DNA of 64,000 nucleotides from the human T2T-CHM13v2.0 reference genome, Homo sapiens. The stretch lies in NCBI RefSeq assembly GCF_009914755.1, contig NC_060933.1; one strand, 5' to 3'. The notes beneath the pieces were generated by a model that ran no database searches, was not told the origin of the DNA, and saw only the letters and a program-made list of their open reading frames with translations. Of this stretch, positions 54,701-64,000 are shown piece by piece (position 1 is the stretch's first letter; every line of letters begins with the position of its first letter). Position numbers and translations under genes: made by a program.

Positions 54701-57700
54701 TCCATTCCATTCCATTCCGGAAGATTCCATTCCATTGCATTCCATTCCATTCCATTCCCCTGTACTCGCGTTGATTCCGTTCCATTCCGTTCCATTCCAT
54801 TCCATTCCATTCCATTCCATTCCATTCTATTCGGGTTAATTCCATTCCATTCCATTCGATTGCAATCGAGTTGATTCCATTCCATTCTATTCCATTCCAT
54901 TCCATTCCTTTCCATTCCATTACGGATGATTCCATTCCATTGCATTCCATTCCCCTGTACTCGGGTTGATTCCATTCCATTCCATTCCAATCCATGCCAT
55001 TCCACTCGTGTTGATTCCATTCTTTCCATTCCATTCATATTGAATCCATTCCATTGCATTCCATTCCATTCCATTACCCTGCAGTCGGGTTGATTCCATT
55101 CCATTCCATTCCATTCCATTCCATTCCATTCCATTCCATTCCGTTCCGATCCGTTCCATTCCATTCCATTCCATTCTATTCGGGTTAATTCCATTCCATT
55201 CCATTCCATTCCATTCCATTCCAATCGAGTTGATTCCATTCCATTCCATTCCATTCCATTCCATTCCACTCCATTCCAGTCCTTTCCATTCCATTCCACT
55301 CGGGTTGATTCCAATGTATTCCTTTCCATTCCATTCCATTCCATTGCAATCGAGTTGATTCCATTGCTTTGCATTCCATTCCATTCCATTCCATTCCGGA
55401 TGATTCCATTCCATTGCATTCCATTCCATTCCATTCCCCTGCACTCGGGTTGATTCCATTCCATTCCACTCCATTCCGTTCCATTCCATTCCATTCCATT
55501 GTATTCGGGTTAATTCCAATCCATTCCATTCCATTCCATTCCATTCCATTACAATCGAGTTGATTCCATTCCATTCCATTCCATTCCAGTCCTTTGCATT
55601 CCATTCCACTCGGGTTGATTCCATTCTATTAGTTTCCATTCCATTCCATTCCCTTCCATTCCACTCTGGTTGATACCATTCCTTTCCATTCCACTCGAAT
55701 ACATTCCCTCCTATTCCACTCGGAACGATTCCATTCCATTCCATTCCATTCCATTCCATTCCATTCCATTCCATTCCATTGTACTCGGGTTGATTCAATT
55801 CCATTGCATTCCATTCCATTCCATTCCATTCCATTCCGTTGCATTCCATTCCATTACATTCGGATTGATTCTATTCAACTCCCTTACTCTCCATTACATT
55901 CCACTCCATTCGGGTTGTTCCATTCCATTCCATTCCATTCCACTCTATTCCATTGCACTCGCGTTGATTCCATTCCATTCCATTCCATTCCATTCCGGAT
56001 GATTCCATTCCATTGCATTCCGTTCCATTACATTCCCCTGCAGTCGCGTTGATTCCATTCCATTCCATTCCATTCCATTCCATTCCATTCCATTACAATT
56101 CGTTCCATTCCATTCTATTCCGTACCGTTCCATTCCATTCCATACCATTCCATTCCATTCCATTCCATTCCATTCCGTTCCATTCCGATCCATTCCATTC
56201 CATTCCATTCTATTCGGATTAATTCCATTCCATTCCATTCCATTCCATTCTATTCCATTCCATTGCAATCGAGTTGAATCCGTTGCATTTCATTCCATTC
56301 CATTCCATTCCATTCCATTCTGGAAGATTCCATTCCATTGCATTCCATTCCATTCCATTCCCCTGCATTCGCGTTGATTCCATTCCATTCCATTCCATTC
56401 CATTCCATTCCGTTCCGTTCCATTCCATTCCATTCCATTCCATTCCATTCCGTTCCGATCCATTCCATTCCATTCCATTCTATTCGGGTTAATTCCGTTC
56501 CATTCCATTCGATTGCAATCTAGTTGATTCCATTCCATTCCATTCCATTCCATTCCATTCCATTCCATTCCATTCCTTTCCATTCCATTACGGATGATTC
56601 CATTCCATTGCATTCCATTCCATTCCATTCCCCTGTACTGGGGTTGATTCCATTCCATTCCATTCCAATCCATGCCATTCCACTCGTGTTGATTCCATTC
56701 TTTCCATTCCATTCAAGTTGAATCCATTCCATTGCATTCCATTCCTTTCGATTCCATTCGATTGCACTCGGGTTGATTCCATTCCATTGCATTCCATTCC
56801 ATTCCATTCCGTTCCGTTCCATTCCATTCCATTACATTCGGATTGATTCTATTCAATTCCCTTACACTCCATTACATTCCATTCCATTCGGGTAGTTTCC
56901 ATTCCATTCCATTCCATTCCTCTCCATTCCATTGCACTCGGGTTGATTCCATTCCATTGCATTCCATTCCATTCCATTCAATTCCATTCCGTTCCATTCC
57001 ATTCCATTACATTCGGATTGATTCTATTCAACTCCCTTACTCTCCATTACATTCCATTCCATTCGGGTTGTTCCATTCCATTCCATTCCATTACTCTCCA
57101 TTCCATTGCACTCGGGTTGATTCCATTCCTTTCCGTTCCATTCCATTCCATTCCATTCCATTCCAATCCATTCCATTCTGTTCCGTTCCGTTCCATTCCA
57201 TTCCATTCCATTCTATTCGGGTTAATTCCATTCCATTCCATTCCATTGCAATCGAGTTGATTCCATTCCATTCCATTCCATTCCATTCCATTCCATTCCA
57301 TTTCGTTCCATTCCATTCTATTCCGTATCATTCCATTCCATTCCATTCCATTCCATTTTACTCTGGTTGATTCAATTCCATTGCATTCCATTCCATTCCA
57401 TTCCATTCCATTCCATTCCGTTCCATTCCATTACATTCGGATTGATTCTATTCAACTCCCTTACTCTCCATTACATTCCATTCCATTCGGGTTGTTCCAT
57501 TCCATTCCATTCCATTCCACTCCATTCCATTGCACTCGGGTTGATTCCATTCCATTCCATTCCATTCCATTCCATTCCATTCCATTCCTTTCCATTCCAT
57601 TACGGATGATTCCGTTCCATTGCATTCCATTCCATTCCATTCCCCTGTACTCGGGTTGATTCCATTCCATTCCATTCCAATCCATGCCATTCCACTCGTG

Positions 57701-59504
57701 TTGATTCCATTCTTTCCATTCCATTCAATTTAATCCATTCCATTCCCTTCCATTCCATTCCATTCCCCTGCAGTCGGGTTGATTCCATTCCCTTCCATTC
57801 CATTCCATTCCATTCCATTCCATTCCATTCCATTCCGTTCCGTTCCGTTCCATTCCATTCCATTCCATTCCATTCCATTCCATTCTATTCGGGTTAATTC
57901 CATTCCATTCCATTCCATTCCATTCCATTCCAATAGAGTTGATTCCATTCCATTCCATTCCATTCCATTCCACTCCATTCCAGTCCTTTCCATTCCATTC
58001 CACTCGGGTTGATTCCAATGTATTCCTTTCCATTCCATTCCATTCCATTGCAATCGAGTTGATTCCATTGCTTTGCATTCCATTCCATTCCATTCCATTC
58101 CGGATGATTCCATTCCATTGCATTCCATTCCATTCCATTCCCCAGCACTCGGGTTGATTCCATTCCATTCTACTCCATTCCGTTCCATTCCATTCCATTC
58201 CATTGTATTCGGGTTAATTCCATTCCAGTCCATTCCATTGCATTCCATTCCATTCCATTACAATCGAGTTGATTCCATTCCATTCCATTCCATTCCAGTC
58301 CTTTCCATTCCATTCCACTCGGGTTGATTCCATTCCAGTCCTTTCCATTCCATTCCATTCCCTTCCATTCCACTCTGGTTGATACCATTCCTTTCCATTA
58401 CACTCGAATACATTCCCTCCTATTCCACTCGGAACGATTCCATTCCATTCCATTCCATTCCATTCCATTCCATTCCATTCCATTTCATTTCGTTCCATTC
58501 CATTCTATTCCGTATCATTCCATTCCATTCCATTCCATTTCATTCCATTCCATTCCATTCCATTCCATTGTACTCGGGTTGATTCCATTCCATTGCATTC
58601 CATTCCATTCCATTCCATTCCATTCCATTCCATTCCATTCCGGAAGATTCCATTCCATTGCATTCCATTCCATTCCATTCCCCTTCACTCGCGTTGATTC
58701 CATTCCATTCCATTCTATTCCATTCCATTCCCTTCCTTTCCGTTCCATTCCATTCCATTCCATTCCATTCCATTCCATTCCATTCCGTTCCGTTCCATTC
58801 CATTCCATTCCATTCCATTCGGGTTAATTCCATTCCATTCCATTCGATTGCAATCAAGTTGATTCCATTCCATTCCATTCCATTCCATTCCATTCCTTTC
58901 CATTCCATTACGGATAATTCCATTCCATTGCATTCCATTCCATTCCATTCCCCTGTACTCGGGTTGATTCCATTCCATTCCATTCCAATCCATGCCATTC
59001 CACTTGTGTTGATTCCATTCTTTCCATTCCATTCAAGTTGAATCCATTCCATTACATTACATTCCATTCGATTCCGTTCGATTGCACTCGGGTTGATTCC
59101 ATTCCATTGCATTCCATTCCATTCCATTCCATTCCATTCCATTCCATTCCATTCCGTTCCATTCCATTCCATTACATTCGGATTGATTCTATTCAATTCC
59201 CTTACACTCCATTACATTCCATTCCATTCGGGTAGTTTCCATTCCATTCCATTCCATTCCTCTCCATTCCATTGAACTCGGGTTGATTCCATTCCATTGC
59301 ATTCCATTCCATTCCATTCCATTCCATACCGTTCCATTCCATTCCATTACATTCGGATTGATTCTATTCAACTCCCTTAGTCTCCTTTACATTCCATTCC
59401 ATTCGGGTTGTTCCATTCCATTCCATTCCATTCCACTCCATTCCATTGCACTCGGGTTTCTTCCATTCCATTCCATTCCATTCCATTCCATTCCATTCCA
59501 TTCC

Positions 59505-59589
59505 ATTCCGGAAGATTCCATTCCATTGCATTCCATTCCATTCCATTCCATTCCATTCCATTCCATTCCATTCCATTCGGGAAGATTCC
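59505..59589. promoter_or_regulatory. Pair of HSE-consensus modules 70 bp apart
   Basis: TTCcgGAAgaTTC at 59506-59518 and TTCggGAAgaTTC at 59576-59588, apparently from a local duplication. Confidence 0.5.
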
Positions 59590-60599
59590 ATTCCATTGCA
59601 TTCCATTCCATTCCATTCCCCTGCACTCGCGTTGATTCCATTCCATTCCATTCCATTCCATTCCATTCCATTCCTTTCCGTTCCATTCCATTCCATTCCA
59701 TTCCATTCCAAACCATTCCATTCCGTTCCGTTCCGTTCCATTCCCTTCCATTCCATTCTATTCGGGTTAATTCCATTCCATTCCATTCCATTGCAATCGA
59801 GTTGATTCCATTCCATTCCATTCCATTCCATTCCATTCCATTCCATTCCTTTCCATTCCATTACGGATGATTCCATTCCATTGCATTCCATTCCATTCCA
59901 TTCCTCTGTACTCGGGTTGATTCCATTCCATTCCATTCCAATCCATGCCATTCCACTCGTGTTGATTCCATTCTTTCCATTCCATTCAAGTTGAATCCAT
60001 TCCATTGCATTCCATTCCATTCCATTCCCCTGCAGTCGGGTTGTTTCCATTCCATTCCATTCCATTCCATTCCATTCCATTCCATTCCATTCCGTTCCAT
60101 TCCATTCCATTCCATTCTATTCCGGTTAATTCCATTCCATTCCATTCCATTCCATTCCATTCCATTCCATTCCAGTCGAGTTGATTCCATTCCATTCCAT
60201 TCCATTCCATTCCACTCCATTCCAGTCCTTTCCATTCCATTCCACTCGGGTTAATTCCAATGTATTCCTTTGCATTCCATTCCATTCCATTGCAATCGAG
60301 TTGATTCCATTGCGTTGCATTCCATTCCATTCCATTCCATTCCGGATTATTCCATTCCATTGCATTCCATTCCATTCCATTCCATTCCATTCCATTCCAT
60401 TCCATTTCGTTCCATTCCATTCCATTACATTCGGATTGATTCTATTCAACTCCCTTACTCTCCATTACATTCCATTCCATTCGGGTTGTTCCATTCCATT
60501 CCATTCCATTCCACTCCATTCCATTGCACTCGGGTTGATTCCATTGCATTCCATTCCATTCCATTCCATTCCATTCCATTCCATTCCGTTCCATTCCAT

Positions 60600-61700
60600 T
60601 CCATTCCATTCGGGTTAATTCCATTCCATTCCATTCCATTCCATTCCAATCGAGTTGATTCCATTCCATTCCATTCCATTCCATTCCACTCCATTCCGGA
60701 TGATTCCATTCCATTGCATTCCATTCCATTCCATTCCCCTGCACTCGGGTTGATTCCATTCCATTCCACTCCATTCCGTTCCATTCCATTCCATTCCATT
60801 GTATTCGGGTTAATTCCATTCCATTCCATTCCATTCCATTCCATTCCATTCCATTACAATCGAGTTGATTCCATTCCATTCCATTCCATTCCAGTCCTTT
60901 CCATTCCATTCCACTCGGGTTGATTCCATTCTATTAGTTTCCATTCCATTCCATTCCCTTCCATTCCACTCTGGTTGATACCATTCCTTTCCATTCCACT
61001 CGAATACATTCCCTCCTATTCCACTCGGAACGATTCCATTCCATTCCATTCCATTCCATTCCATTCCATTCCATTCCATTACATTCCAATCGAGTTGATT
61101 CCATTCCATTCCATTCCATTCCATTCCACTCCATTCCAGTCCTTTCCATTCCATTCCACTCGGGTTGATTCCAATATATTCCTTTCCAATCCATTCCATT
61201 CCATTGCAATCGAGTTGATTCCATTGCTTTGCATTCCATTCCATTCCATTCCATTCCGGATGATTCCATTCCATTGCATTCCGTTCCATTCCATTCCCCT
61301 GCACTCGGGTTGATTCCATTCCATTCCACTCCATTCCGTTCCATTCCATTCCATTGCATTGTATTTGGGTTAATTCCATTCCATTCCATTCCATTCCATT
61401 CCATTCCATTCCATTACAATCGAGTTGATTCCATTCCATTCCATTCCGTTCCAGTCCTTTCCATTCCATTCCTCTCGGGTTGATTCCATTCTATTAGTTT
61501 CCATTCCATTCCATTCCCTTCAATTCCACTCAGGTTGTTTCCATTCCTTTCCATTCCACTCGAATACATTCCCTCCTATTCCACTCGGAACGATTCCATT
61601 CCATTCCATTCCATTCCATTCCATTCCATTCCATTCCATTCCACTCCATTCCATTCCATTCCATTCCATTTCGTTCCATTCCATTCTATTCCGTATCATT
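60600..61700 (+). repeat. Internal duplication block E, copy 1 (about 1.1 kb)
   Basis: Variants CCAATATATTCC, GCATTGTATTTGGG, CCTCTCGGGTT and CCTTCAATTCCACTCAGG are shared only with 62770-63830. ORF pairs 61079/63242, 61229/63392 and 61425/63588 (offset 2163). Confidence 0.85.
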
Positions 61701-62769
61701 CCATTCCATTCCATTACATTCCATTCCATTCCATTCCATTGTACTCGGGTTGATTCAATTCCATTGCATTCCATTCCATTCCATTCCATTCCCTTCCGTT
61801 GCATTCCATTCCATTACATTCGGATTGATTCTATTCAACTCCCTTACTCTCCATTACATTCCATTCCATTCGGGTTGTTCCATTCCATTCCATTCCATTC
61901 CACTCCATTCCATTGCACTCGGGTTGATTCCATTCCATTCCATTCCATTCCATTCCATTCCGGATGATTCCATTCCATTACATTCCGTTCCATTACATTC
62001 CCCTGCACTCGCGTTGATTCCATTCCATTCCATTCCTTTCCATTCAATAACATTCCATTACAATTCGTTCCATTCCATTCTATTCCGTACCATTCCATTC
62101 CATTCCATACCATTCCATTCCATTCCGTTCCGTTCCATTCCGTTCCATTCCATTCCATTCCATTCTATTCGAATTAATTCCATTCCATTCCATTCCATTC
62201 CATTCTATTCCATTCCATTGCAATCGAGTTGAATCCATTGCATTTCATTCCATTCCATTCCATTCCGGAAGATTCCATTCCATTGCATTCCATTCCATTC
62301 CATTCCCCTGCACTCGCGTTGATTCCATTCCATTCCATTCCATTCCATTCCATTCCGTTCCGTTCCATTCCATTCCATTCCATTCCATTCCATTCCGTTC
62401 TGTTCCATTCCATTCCATTCCATTCTATTCGTGTTAATTCCATTCCATTCCATTCGATTACAATCGAGTTGATTCCATTCCATTCCATTCCATTCCATTC
62501 CATTCCATTCCATTCCATTCCTTTCCATTCCATTACGGATGATTCCATTCCATTGCATTCCATTCCATTCCATTCCCCTGTACTCGGGTTGATTCCATTC
62601 CATTCCATTGCAATCCATGCCATTCCACTCGTGTTGATTCCATTCTTTCCATTCCATTCAAGTTGAATCCATTCCATTGCATTCCATTCCATTCCATTCC
62701 CCTGCAGTCGGGTTGATTCCATTCCATTCCATTCCATTCCATTCCATTCCGTTCCATTCCATTCCATTC

Positions 62770-63830
62770 CATTCCATTCGGGTTAATTCCATTCCATTCC
62801 ATTCCATTCCATTCCATTCCAATCGAGTTGATTCCATTCCATTCCATTCCATTCCATTCCACTCCATTCCGGATGATTCCATTGCATTGCATTCCATTCC
62901 CCTGCACTCGGGTTGTTTCCATTCCATTCCACTCCATTCCGTTCCATTCCATTCCATTCCATTGTATTCGGGTTAATTCCATTCCATTCCATTCCATTCC
63001 ATTCCATTCCATTACAATCGAGTTGATTCCATTCCATTCCATTCCATTCCAGTCCTTTCCATTCCATTCCACTCGGGTTGATTCCATTCTATTAGTTTCC
63101 ATTCCATTCCATTCCCTTCCATTCCACTCTGGTTGATACCATTCCTTTCCATTCCACTCGAATACATTCCCTCCTATTCCACTCGGAACGATTCCATTCC
63201 ATTCCATTCCATTCCATTCCATTCCATTCCATTACATTCCATTACATTCCAATCGAGTTGATTCCATTCCATTCCATTCCATTCCATTCCACTCCATTCC
63301 AGTCCTTTCCATTCCATTCCACTCGGGTTGATTCCAATATATTCCTTTCCATTCCATTCCATTCCATTGCAATCGAGTTGATTCCATTGCTTTGCATTCC
63401 ATTCCATTCCATTCCATTCCGGATGATTCCATTCCATTGCATTCCGTTCCATTCCATTCCCATGCACTCGGGTTGATTCCATTCCATTCCACTCCATTCC
63501 GTTCCATCCCATTCCATTGCATTGTATTTGGGTTAATTCCATTCCATTCCATTCCATTCCATTCCATTCCATTCCATTACAATCGAGTTGATTCCATTCA
63601 ATTCCATTCCGTTCCAGTCCTTTCCATTCCATTCCTCTCGGGTTGATTCCATTCTATTAGTTTCCATTCCATTCCATTCCCTTCAATTCCACTCAGGTTT
63701 TTTCCATTCCTTTCCATTCCACTCGAAAACATTCCCTCCTATTCCACTCGGAACGATTCCATTCCATTCCATTCCATTCCATTCCATTCCATTCCATTTC
63801 GTTCCTATCCATTCTATTCCGTATCATTCC
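62770..63830 (+). repeat. Internal duplication block E, copy 2
   Basis: Same private variants as copy 1, plus a few substitutions (e.g. CGAAAAC for CGAATAC near 63724). Confidence 0.85.
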
Positions 63831-64000
63831 ATTCCATTCCATTGCATTCCATTCCATTCCATTCCAATCCATGCCATTCCACTCGTGTTGATTCCATTCT
63901 TTCCATTCCATTCAAGATGAATCCATTCCATTGCATTCCATTCCATTCCATTCCATTCCATTCCATTCCATTCCATTCCATTCGGTTCCATTCCATTACA

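Larger units (their letters stand above)
1..64000 (+). repeat. Satellite III (HSat3-type) pericentromeric satellite array, C-rich (CCATT)n strand on +
   Basis: Tandem CCATT pentamers run from the first to the last base, always in one orientation. They are interspersed with A(C/T)TCGGGTTG-type decamers (e.g. ACTCGGGTTG at 693-702), the established diagnostic of Satellite III. The HSat2-type CATTCGATTC/CGATGAT-dominated pattern is not prevalent. Subfamily and chromosome cannot be assigned without a k-mer comparison. Confidence 0.97.

Noticed and set aside
49-63996. Hundreds of ORFs up to 348 aa (MEWNG repeats on -, FHSIP repeats on +)
   Set aside because: A 5-bp repeat gives a 5-aa periodic peptide in every frame, has no stop codon and supplies ATG constantly on the - strand. 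The ORFs overlap in all frames, end at module stops and show no domain-like content.
1-64000. CRISPR-like repeat/spacer pattern (conserved modules separated by variable spacers)
   Set aside because: The spacers are CCATT runs rather than unique sequence, the spacing is irregular, and there are no cas genes or leader.
1-64000. Assignment to a specific array (9q12, acrocentric HSat3, or Y-chromosome DYZ1)
   Set aside because: The CAAC(C/A)CGAGT decamer and HSE modules are compatible with stress-responsive SatIII such as 9q12, and no regular period near 3.6 kb (DYZ1-like) is visible. A subfamily call needs a k-mer or alignment search that I cannot run.
1-64000. Embedded Alu/L1/ERV, alpha satellite, telomeric repeat, tRNA or rRNA
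   Set aside because: No stretch departs from the pentamer framework for more than about 40 bp, and there are no poly(A) tails, target-site duplications, 171-bp monomers or TTAGGG arrays.

Overview
The whole 64 kb is one uninterrupted pentameric satellite array, (CCATT/CATTC)n on the + strand and (GGAAT)n on the - strand. It is punctuated by the decamer ACTCG(G/T/C)GTTG (reverse complement CAAC(C/A/G)CGAGT), which is the signature of classical human/great-ape Satellite III (HSat3) pericentromeric heterochromatin. I see no protein-coding gene, RNA gene, transposon, CRISPR array, unique sequence or strand inversion. Every listed ORF (MEWNG/FHSIP repeats) is the expected translation of a stop-free 5-bp repeat. 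I found no evidence of a new gene system. The structure that is present is non-coding: (1) a vocabulary of conserved interruption modules in a largely fixed order, with no single higher-order-repeat period; (2) a recurring module that forms a perfect three-unit heat-shock element, aTTCcgGAAgaTTCc; (3) several dyad-symmetric modules; (4) nested near-identical internal duplications (offsets about 2.16, 4.29, 5.63, 14.7/15.7/20.3 and 19.6-19.7 kb), with mosaic junctions that can be mapped from diagnostic variants. All alignments and counts were done by eye, helped by identical ORF translations, so block boundaries are approximate.
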